Shown one piece after another: positions 39,321 through 47,364 of a stretch of 64,000 nucleotides of DNA. The DNA lies in the NCBI GenBank assembly GCA_965216465.1, contig CBDCFW010000006.1, positions 992,001 through 1,056,000 on the forward strand, read 5' to 3'. The position numbers and the translations under genes are program-made. The notes beneath the pieces were generated by a model. The model had not been told where the DNA came from. It did not search any database and worked only from the letters and a program-made list of their open reading frames with translations. The DNA comes from Bacteroidia bacterium (GTDB lineage Bacteria > Bacteroidota > Bacteroidia > NS11-12g > UBA9320). How positions within the stretch are numbered: the first letter of the stretch is position 1; the number at the start of each line of letters is the position of its first letter.

Positions 39321-42300
39321 TTGAAAGCTGCCAAAGAGACCGCCTATAAAGAGACACTACTATTAATCTTAGTTTGTAAGGATTTGATTAAAAAATTGAA
39401 TACAATTAGAATTGTAAATGGATCTTTATTGGCCATTTGTTTTTTATTCCTTCTCTTAGGCGTGGGCATGCAATCTGTTGCCCAAACTGACTCTTTGCGT
39501 TATGAATTAAAAGACAAAAAACCCTATGAAGATGATAAGGTAAATCTTATTGATTTTAAAGACCCTCCCAATATTAAAACCATATACAAATACGACCCCA
39601 CTACTGGGATGTATTTAGAAATTATTACTGTTGGAGGGAAACCTATAGGCTCTCCAAGAGCGCTTACAGCAACTGAATATTTGAGAGCTAGAGAGCGTCA
39701 AGCCCGAGATGAGTACTATCGTAAAAAAAGCAACGCGGCTAATTACGTAAAAGGAGGAGGCATCATTCCAAAAATTGCTGTTACCCCTGAAATATTTGAT
39801 AAGGTATTTGGAGGAGGAATAATAGATATTCGGCCAACCGGTTCTGCCGAGGTAACCTTTGGAGGGAATTTTAACAAAGTTGAGAACCCGACTTTCCCTG
39901 TTCGTCAACAACGAAATGGTCAGTTTGATTTTGGCATGAAAATGCAACTAAATGTGACCGGACAAATTGGTGATCGCCTAAAACTAAATTGGAATTACGA
40001 CACTGAAGCTACGTTTGAGTTTGAAAACCAAATGAAGCTCAATTGGCAAGGAACGGATGATGATATCTTAAAAAATATTGAACTGGGTAATGTTAGTCTA
40101 CCCTTGAACGGTTCCCTTATTCAAGGAGGTCGAAATCTTTTTGGTGTAAAAACTGAAATGCAATTCGGTAAAACTACAGTTGCTCTTATTGCTACACAAG
40201 ATAAAGGAGAAACAAGAGAGACTGAAGTAAATGGTGGTGCCCAAATTACCAACTATGATATACAGGCTCATAATTATGATCAGAACAGACACTACTTCTT
40301 GTCTCAATATTTTGCAGATAATTACGATTTTGCTTGTTCAAATCTTCCTCAAATCAATTCTAATGTTCAAGTAAACTACGTTGAAGTTTGGGTCACCAAT
40401 AGAAATAATGCTGTAGGAAACTCAAGAAATGTAATGGGTTTCATGGATTTGGGAGAAATGGAAGACGATGTTCATCGTGAGTGGTTGCTCCCAGGTAGTG
40501 CTGCATTTCCAGATAATGAGGCTACAGACCTTTATCAAAACTATGTAAGAGGCCAAGATTTCTGTAACCCAGCAGATCAAAGACTGGTACTTGGAACAGA
40601 CTATGAGTGTTTAAGCAATGCTCGGCAGTTGAATAACAATGAATTTACTTTCCACCCAACTTTAGGCTATATTTCACTGAATCAGTCACTGAACAACGAT
40701 GAGGTTCTGATGGTGGCATATGAGTATTCTATTAATCTGGTTAACTACCAAGTTGGAGAATTTGCTATTGACAATCCTCAAACTGGCGGAAATGAGAGTC
40801 ACCTTAATCTGAAACTCCTAAAGCATTCAACAATCAAAACCAATCTTCCGGCTTGGGATTTGATGATGAAGAATATTTATTCACTGAACACATACAACCT
40901 TCAAAAAGAAGATTTCTCATTGAATGTTGTTTATGCGGATGACCCTTCAGGTGCTGACTTGAATTACTTGCCAGTTCCTGATTCTGAAAATGCTATCAAG
41001 AATAAGCAGTTGATTACAGTGCTTAACCTTGACCGTTTAAATAAGCAGTTTGAGCCAAAGCCTGACGGTATTTTTGATGTTGTAGATAACATCACGATTC
41101 ATGCCGAGAGAGGAAGAATCATATTCCCAGTTAGAGAACCATTTGGTGCGTTTTTACGTAGTCAGTTTGTTGACGAAGCAGAAGCAGATTATTACGCATT
41201 TGACTCCTTGTATCGAACGACAAAGTGGAATGCCGAACAGGACCTTAAACACAACAAGTTTTTCTTACGAGGTACGTTTAAAGGAAGTTCATCTGATCAA
41301 ATTCGATTACAGTGTTACAATATTTCGCAAGGCTCTGTTAGGGTAACTGCAAACGGAAACGTGTTGAATGAAGGTTCCGATTACATTGTCGACTATACGA
41401 TGGGAACGGTAAGAATTGTAAATCAAGGAATTTTAAATTCAGGGGCATCGATTAAGGCAACATGTGAGAGTAATTCATTAATTAATATTCAACAGAAATC
41501 ACTTGTTGGAGCACGTTTCGATTATAAGCACTCCGATAAGTTGATTCTTGGAGGTACGTTCATGCACATGACCGAACGGCCACTTACAAATAAGGTAAAT
41601 ATTGGAGAAGAACCTCTTCTTAATTCAATTTGGGGATTAGACGGAAGCTATAATACAGACTCAAGATTCTTAACACGAATGGTCGATAAGCTTCCTTTCA
41701 TTGAAACCAAGGCAAAGTCTACTGTAAGTTTTACGGGTGAGTTTGCTCACCTCATACCTCATAAAGCGAAAACAATGGGTGAAAGAGGTACGTCTTATCT
41801 TGATGATTTTGAAGGAGCGGAGACACCTTATGATATTAAGTACGTACGTAGCTGGAGACTTGCAAGTGTGCCCCAGGGTCAACCTGAGCTCTTCCCAGAA
41901 ACTGTAAATCCTTTACACGCTGATAGCTTGTATAATTCAAAAAGAGCCAACTTAAACTGGTACAACATCGACCCAGTTTTCCAAAACGCTCAAGCAACGC
42001 TTACACCAGATAATATCAAGAATAATCCACGAGAGATGTCTAATCACTTTGTAAGAACAATCTTTCTTGAAGAAGTATTCCCTGAAATTGAGTTGCAACA
42101 AGGACAACCGCAGCAAATTCCGACATTAGATTTAGCTTATTATCCAAAGGAAAAAGGTCAGTACAACTACAATACAGAAGATTTAAATGCTGACGGAAGT
42201 TTAGCAAACCCAAAAGAAAACTGGGGTGGAATAATGCGTAGAATTGAAACAAATGATTTTGAAGCAACCAATATTGATTACATCGAAATTTGGTTGATGG

Positions 42301-45300
42301 ATCCATTTGTTTATTCAAAGCACAATGGAACGCAACACAACACAGGTCAACTGTATCTTAATATCGGTAGCGTTTCAGAAGATATTATTCCGGATAGAAG
42401 ACGTTCTGCAGAGAATGGATTGCCAACTCCAAAAGGGAATTTTCAAGTTGATAGCGGAAAATATGCTTTTACGCCTAAAGGCCAAATTATCAACAAGGCG
42501 TTTGACAATGATCCAGACGCAAGAGAGATTCAGGATGTTGGTTTAGATGGGATGGATGATGAGACTGAAAGAACTTGGTTAAAGGGGTATTTAGATGATA
42601 TAGCAGCGAAACACGGAACAAATTCTGCAGCCTATCAGCTGGCCCAAGCTGACCCTTCGAATGACAATTACGTTTATCCTCGTGATCCAATTTACGACCA
42701 GCAAGATGCTCTTATTCTTAAAAGATACAGACGATTTAATGGCTTTGATGGGAACTCAACTTTAGACAAACTTGACGACGGAACACCAATGTCGGGTAAC
42801 ACAATTCCGGATGATGAAGACATCAATCAAGATTATACTGTAAACCTAAACGAAGAATACTACCAATACCGCATCGAGCTTGACCCAGCGAAGATGGTAA
42901 TCGGTGAGAATTACATTGCAGATGTTAAAGAGGTAGACGCAATTCAACTCGATGAAGGTGAGTTGCCAAATAAAATCAACTGGTATCAATTAAAAATTCC
43001 TATTCGTCAATATGAGAAGAAAGTCGGGGGGATACAAGATTTTAAATCAATACGATTCATGAGAATGTTCGTAAAGGGATTTGAAGACAGTGTTGTTTTA
43101 CGTTTCGCAAACCTTCAACTGGTAAGAGCTGACTGGAGACGTTATTTGAATACATTAAAATTCCCGCCAAAAGTGGGTCCTCCAATTGATCCAAATGACG
43201 ACGCAGACCTTGTGGTTTCTACGGTGAATATTGTAGAGAACAGTAGAAGAACTCCAATTAAATATGTTGTTCCTCCTGGGTTTAACAGAGAGATTGATCC
43301 AACCCAAATAGGCAACGTTCAACAGAATGAGCAATCGCTTTCTATTGCAGTTTGTAACTTAGAAAAAGAAGACGCTCGAGGGGCATACCGAACACTCGAT
43401 TTAGACATTAGAAATTACAAGAGCTTGAAGATGTTTATTCATGCTGAGTCTCAAACAGCCCAAAATGGCGATGCGGTTGCAATAATGCGAATCGGTACAG
43501 ACTTGGAGAACAACTTCTATCAGTACGAAATTCCACTGCAGCTGACACCAATTGGATCTGCAGATCCACAAGCTATTTGGCCAACTGCAAATGAATTAAT
43601 TGTAGATCTTGAAGAGTTTTACAGAATAAAACTTAACCGCCAGAAAAGTGGAGGTGATCCGAACGGATACTATACTGAAACTTTACCGAACGGACATAGA
43701 ATTAGTATCATTGGTTTACCCGATGTAAGTAATGTAAGAACTGTTTTACTCGGAGTGAAGAATTCTGCAAATAGTTCAGTTGAGAATTTATGTGCGGAAG
43801 TATGGTTTAACGAGTTGAGGCTGGTTGACTTTGTCAATAAAGGAGGCTATGCAGCAAATGCTAGAATGGTCACTCAATTGGCGGATCTAGCAACCGTTAC
43901 ATTGTCTGGAAACTACCAATCAATTGGATTCGGGGCTATCGACAAAAAACTAAATGATCGTAATCTAGAAGAAGTAATTCAATATGATGTTTCTTCAAAC
44001 ATAGAATTGGGTAAATTCTTCCCGCAAAAATCAGGTATTACGATTCCAATGTTCATTGGCTACAATGAAAATATTGTAAACCCCAAGTACTATCCGCTTA
44101 ACCCAGATATCTTACTTCGTACGGCAATCGATAACGCCGAGACTCAGGCTGAAAAAGATCTCATTAGAGAAGCTGCACAAAATTATTCGTCGCGGTACAG
44201 TCTAAACTTTACCAACATTAAGAAGAATAGAACTTCTTCATCCAAAGGCAATCCCCACTTTTACGATATAGAAAACTGGAACTATTCATTCTCTTACCAA
44301 CGCTTGTTTAGACGAAGCCAGATTGTAGAAATGAACGATGTGAAAACCTATAAGTCTAGTTTGGGCTATAACTTTACAGCGAAGCCAAAAGTATGGGAGC
44401 CTTTCAAAAAGCATGTAAGAGCGAAAAGCTTAGGCTTAATCCGAGATTTCAATATTGGATTGGTACCATCGAATTTGAATTTTAGAGTAGATGTTGATCG
44501 TCGTTACTCTGAAATGAAGAACAGAAACAACGACAACTTTAAGTCGATTGTTCCAATTCTTTATGACAAGACTTTTAGCATCGGTAGGGTATATGGATGG
44601 AAATGGAATCTAGCAAATAGTCTTTCAGTTGATTATGCCTCAAACGCAACGTCATGGGTAGAGGAGCCTTTTGGAGCACTTGATTCGAAAGAGAAGCGAG
44701 ATACCATGTGGGAGAATTTCTGGTCACTTGGTCAGTTGAACAACTTTAACCAGACCATTAATGTAAATTATACCCTTCCATTCAGAAAAATTAGAGTTTT
44801 AGATTGGGTAAATGTGAGCTCTAGATACAGTGCCAATTATGAGTGGAAGAATGCTCCTCCAGCGAATATTACTTTAGGTAACACCATTCAAAATTCACGA
44901 ACTACTTCGTTGAATGGTAACATGAACTTCATTTCATTGTACAATAAGTCTTCGTTCTTGCAAAAAATTAATCGTCCGCCGCCTCCACGAAAGCGAACTG
45001 ACGAAGAGGATGAAGATGAGACGAAGAAGAAAGAAGAAATTAGCTCAACAACTCGAGCATTCTTTAAATTCTTGATGATGATGAAGCAGGCTCAGTTTAA
45101 AGTAACAAAAACTGAAGGTACGACTCTACCAGGTTTCACGAAGGTGATGGATTATGTCGGCCAAAACTTTAAACACAACACCCCTGGATTCCCATTTATT
45201 TTGGGTGTACAAGATGAAAACTTGCGTTACAACATTGCCAATAATGGATTTTTGACGAATGACACAACCCAAAACAATAGATTCTTGCAATTAGATGCAT

Positions 45301-46439
45301 TAGACATTTCTGGGTCTGCAACATTGGAGCCATTTAAAGGATTTAGAGTAAATATCAACTTCAGCAAGCGTCAAAGTATAAATACAAGCAGTAACTTTAG
45401 ATACAGTGAAAGTGCTACGGATTATGTTGATATTGGTTTAACAGAAGCAGCATCATTTACCACAACTTTTGGTATGTGGAATACCATGTTCGATAAGCTG
45501 AACCGAGAAAATTACCAATCGGATGTTTATGAGCAATTCAAGAATAACAGATATGTAATTGCGTCAAGACTGCAAGTACTCGAATTTACTGAAGGTAAGT
45601 ATGCTGAACTGTATGGTAATCGAATTAATGAGCAAGATGTGAAAACAGGTTTCCCAATTGGTTACAGCAGAACACATCAAGATGTATTGCTTTATTCATT
45701 CTTAGCGGCGTATAGCGGTAAAAATGCGAACAGCATTGAGTTAACTCCATTCAAGAAAATTCCAATTCCGAATTGGCGAGTGACATATAACGGTCTTGCT
45801 CAATTAGACTTGTTTAAAGATTTCTTTAGCAATATATCCATCACACATGCATACTCATCAACATTGAGCATGGGTAATTTCTTTAGACCTTTGGATTATG
45901 GTATTGATTCTCTTGTTTCTGGTGAGAACTTAGTTACTCAGTACGGGTATCAAAGCGGAGTTTCGTTGGTTGAGCGATTGACACCTTTAGCAGGGATTGA
46001 TATCACAACAAAAGGAGGTATTAGCTTTAAACTGGAATACAAAACCGACAGAAATCTTCAATTGAATATGCGTAACATTCAAATGATTGAAACGCGTAAC
46101 AAAGAGTTTGTAATTGGAGGAGGATGGAGAACGACAGGTGTTCGTCTTCCAATTAAATTCCAAGGAGATAGAATTGTATTGAGAAATGATCTTAACATGC
46201 GATTTGACCTTTCTATTCGTGATGGAGTGACAATCGTAAGAAATATTGAAACCGATCAGTTTAACGCTACGGGTGGAATAAGAACAATAAACATCCGTCC
46301 ATCTATTGATTACAAAATCAATGAAGTGTTAAACTTCAGAATGTTCTACAACAGAAATGTGAACGAGCCCGTTACCAGTAACTCATTCCCAAGTGCATTG
46401 ACAGACTTTGGGGTAACGTTGAGGTATACGATGCAGTAA
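39321..46439 (+). CDS. sprA: T9SS outer-membrane translocon SprA (Sov)
   Basis: About 2370 aa with SprA-type motifs (IDIRPTGSAE, LPLNGSLIQG, WDLMMKNIY, WGGIMR, IRFMRMF, VWFNELRL); downstream of ruvA; true start may be slightly later. Confidence 0.95.
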   Translation: MKAAKETAYKETLLLILVCKDLIKKLNTIRIVNGSLLAICFLFLLLGVGMQSVAQTDSLRYELKDKKPYEDDKVNLIDFKDPPNIKTIYKYDPTTGMYLEIITVGGKPIGSPRALTATEYLRARERQARDEYYRKKSNAANYVKGGGIIPKIAVTPEIFDKVFGGGIIDIRPTGSAEVTFGGNFNKVENPTFPVRQQRNGQFDFGMKMQLNVTGQIGDRLKLNWNYDTEATFEFENQMKLNWQGTDDDILKNIELGNVSLPLNGSLIQGGRNLFGVKTEMQFGKTTVALIATQDKGETRETEVNGGAQITNYDIQAHNYDQNRHYFLSQYFADNYDFACSNLPQINSNVQVNYVEVWVTNRNNAVGNSRNVMGFMDLGEMEDDVHREWLLPGSAAFPDNEATDLYQNYVRGQDFCNPADQRLVLGTDYECLSNARQLNNNEFTFHPTLGYISLNQSLNNDEVLMVAYEYSINLVNYQVGEFAIDNPQTGGNESHLNLKLLKHSTIKTNLPAWDLMMKNIYSLNTYNLQKEDFSLNVVYADDPSGADLNYLPVPDSENAIKNKQLITVLNLDRLNKQFEPKPDGIFDVVDNITIHAERGRIIFPVREPFGAFLRSQFVDEAEADYYAFDSLYRTTKWNAEQDLKHNKFFLRGTFKGSSSDQIRLQCYNISQGSVRVTANGNVLNEGSDYIVDYTMGTVRIVNQGILNSGASIKATCESNSLINIQQKSLVGARFDYKHSDKLILGGTFMHMTERPLTNKVNIGEEPLLNSIWGLDGSYNTDSRFLTRMVDKLPFIETKAKSTVSFTGEFAHLIPHKAKTMGERGTSYLDDFEGAETPYDIKYVRSWRLASVPQGQPELFPETVNPLHADSLYNSKRANLNWYNIDPVFQNAQATLTPDNIKNNPREMSNHFVRTIFLEEVFPEIELQQGQPQQIPTLDLAYYPKEKGQYNYNTEDLNADGSLANPKENWGGIMRRIETNDFEATNIDYIEIWLMDPFVYSKHNGTQHNTGQLYLNIGSVSEDIIPDRRRSAENGLPTPKGNFQVDSGKYAFTPKGQIINKAFDNDPDAREIQDVGLDGMDDETERTWLKGYLDDIAAKHGTNSAAYQLAQADPSNDNYVYPRDPIYDQQDALILKRYRRFNGFDGNSTLDKLDDGTPMSGNTIPDDEDINQDYTVNLNEEYYQYRIELDPAKMVIGENYIADVKEVDAIQLDEGELPNKINWYQLKIPIRQYEKKVGGIQDFKSIRFMRMFVKGFEDSVVLRFANLQLVRADWRRYLNTLKFPPKVGPPIDPNDDADLVVSTVNIVENSRRTPIKYVVPPGFNREIDPTQIGNVQQNEQSLSIAVCNLEKEDARGAYRTLDLDIRNYKSLKMFIHAESQTAQNGDAVAIMRIGTDLENNFYQYEIPLQLTPIGSADPQAIWPTANELIVDLEEFYRIKLNRQKSGGDPNGYYTETLPNGHRISIIGLPDVSNVRTVLLGVKNSANSSVENLCAEVWFNELRLVDFVNKGGYAANARMVTQLADLATVTLSGNYQSIGFGAIDKKLNDRNLEEVIQYDVSSNIELGKFFPQKSGITIPMFIGYNENIVNPKYYPLNPDILLRTAIDNAETQAEKDLIREAAQNYSSRYSLNFTNIKKNRTSSSKGNPHFYDIENWNYSFSYQRLFRRSQIVEMNDVKTYKSSLGYNFTAKPKVWEPFKKHVRAKSLGLIRDFNIGLVPSNLNFRVDVDRRYSEMKNRNNDNFKSIVPILYDKTFSIGRVYGWKWNLANSLSVDYASNATSWVEEPFGALDSKEKRDTMWENFWSLGQLNNFNQTINVNYTLPFRKIRVLDWVNVSSRYSANYEWKNAPPANITLGNTIQNSRTTSLNGNMNFISLYNKSSFLQKINRPPPPRKRTDEEDEDETKKKEEISSTTRAFFKFLMMMKQAQFKVTKTEGTTLPGFTKVMDYVGQNFKHNTPGFPFILGVQDENLRYNIANNGFLTNDTTQNNRFLQLDALDISGSATLEPFKGFRVNINFSKRQSINTSSNFRYSESATDYVDIGLTEAASFTTTFGMWNTMFDKLNRENYQSDVYEQFKNNRYVIASRLQVLEFTEGKYAELYGNRINEQDVKTGFPIGYSRTHQDVLLYSFLAAYSGKNANSIELTPFKKIPIPNWRVTYNGLAQLDLFKDFFSNISITHAYSSTLSMGNFFRPLDYGIDSLVSGENLVTQYGYQSGVSLVERLTPLAGIDITTKGGISFKLEYKTDRNLQLNMRNIQMIETRNKEFVIGGGWRTTGVRLPIKFQGDRIVLRNDLNMRFDLSIRDGVTIVRNIETDQFNATGGIRTINIRPSIDYKINEVLNFRMFYNRNVNEPVTSNSFPSALTDFGVTLRYTMQ

Positions 46440-46454
46440 TTTCAGAACCAATTT

Positions 46455-47109
46455 ATAAGTAAGGATTGCCTCCCTATGGTCGGCTTTCCTTGGGTGGTAA
46501 CGAATAACCTAAGCCTTGAAGCTATCGCTTCTATGGTCTTTTTAAGCTATAATCTTATTTGTGCAAATAAGTAAGGATTGCCTCCCTACGGTCGGCTTTC
46601 CTTGAAGGGGTAACGAATAACCTAAGCCTTGAAGCTATCGCTTCTATGGTCTTTTTAAGCTATAATCTTATTTGTGCAAATAAGTAAGGATTGCCTCCCT
46701 ACGGTCGGCTTTCCTTGGGTGGATACGAATAACCTAAGCCTTGAAGCTATCGCTTCTATGGTCTTTTTAAGCTATAATCTTATTTGTGCAAATAAGTAAG
46801 GATTGCCTCCCTATGGTCGGCTTTCCTTGGTGGGTAACGATCAACCTAAGCCTTGAAGCTATCGCTTCTATGGTCTTTTTAAGCTATAATCTTATTTGTC
46901 CAAATAAGTAAGGATTGCCTCCCTACGGTCGGCTTTCCTTGGGTGGGCTACGATTATTAAAGTCCATAAGCTGCGCTTAATTGTCCTTTTTGATTGTACT
47001 GTGGCTTTAATCAGGAAGGATTGCCTCCCTATGGTCGGCTTTCCTTGGGTGGATACGAATAACCTAAACCTTGAAGCTATCGCTTCTATGGTCTTTTTTA
47101 TAGCTATTA
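46455..47109. repeat. Tandem array of six ~112-bp structured non-coding units
   Basis: The 31-nt core AAGGATTGCCTCCCTAYGGTCGGCTTTCCTT starts at 46461, 46573, 46686, 46798, 46910 and 47016 (periods 112, 113, 112, 112, 106). Units 1-4 are near-identical, unit 5 has a divergent second half, unit 6 runs into an inverted repeat. Confidence 0.97.
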
Positions 47110-47142
47110 TCTCAAGCGAGCTTGGCTAATAGCTATAAAAAA
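47094..47142. repeat. Long hairpin with perfect 16-bp inverted repeat closing the array
   Basis: TTTTTTATAGCTATTA (47094-47109) / TAATAGCTATAAAAAA (47127-47142), with inner CAAG-CGAG-CTTG. Confidence 0.85.
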
Positions 47143-47167
47143 AGCCCAGTACTTTCGTACAAGGCTT
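47137..47167 (-). terminator. Intrinsic terminator of tRNA-Pro
   Basis: Minus strand AAGCC-TT-GTAC-GAAA-GTAC-TG-GGCTT followed by a T-run. Confidence 0.8.
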
Positions 47168-47173
47168 AGGTTG

Positions 47174-47248
47174 TCGGGTAGAGAGGATTCGAACCTCCGA
47201 TCTCTGGTCCCCCAGACCAGCACTTTAACCGGACTAAGCTACTACCCG
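47174..47248 (-). tRNA. tRNA-Pro (anticodon GGG), CCA not encoded
   Basis: Minus strand CGGGTAG...CTACCCG-A acceptor stem, anticodon arm CTGGT-CTGGGGG-ACCAG, T-arm GGAGG-TTCGAAT-CCTCT. Confidence 0.96.
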
Positions 47249-47271
47249 ATCTGATAGGATTTTAATGAGAG

Positions 47272-47279
47272 CAAATTTA
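47272..47279 (-). promoter_or_regulatory. Bacteroidota -7 promoter element for the tRNA
   Basis: TAAATTTG (TAnnTTTG) on the minus strand, 23 nt before the tRNA 5' end. Confidence 0.65.
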
Positions 47280-47364
47280 TTTTCTTTTTTGAATTGCCAA
47301 GAAACAATTGAGCAGAATAGCGGGTTATTTATTCAATTTCATAGATTAGCTCCAAATTCCACTT

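Noticed and set aside
46548-46553. TATAAT in units 1-4 as tandem promoters
   Set aside because: Bacteroidota housekeeping promoters use TAnnTTTG, and the adjacent CTTATTTG does not fit it; TATAAT is expected by chance in AT-rich DNA.
46827-46840. TTGGTGGGTAACG resembles a 16S rRNA segment
   Set aside because: Short, gapped, in one unit only, and there is no other rRNA-like sequence nearby.
46455-47109. Array interpreted as a CRISPR array
   Set aside because: The 31-nt palindromic core is repeat-sized, but the ~81-nt intervening sequences are near-identical rather than unique spacers, and no cas gene is in the window.
46455-47109. Array interpreted as a coding repeat, a type III toxin-antitoxin antitoxin array or a TIGR-type guide array
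   Set aside because: Periods of 112/113/106 break any reading frame; the units are much longer than those arrays; neither flank encodes a ToxN-like or Nop-domain protein.
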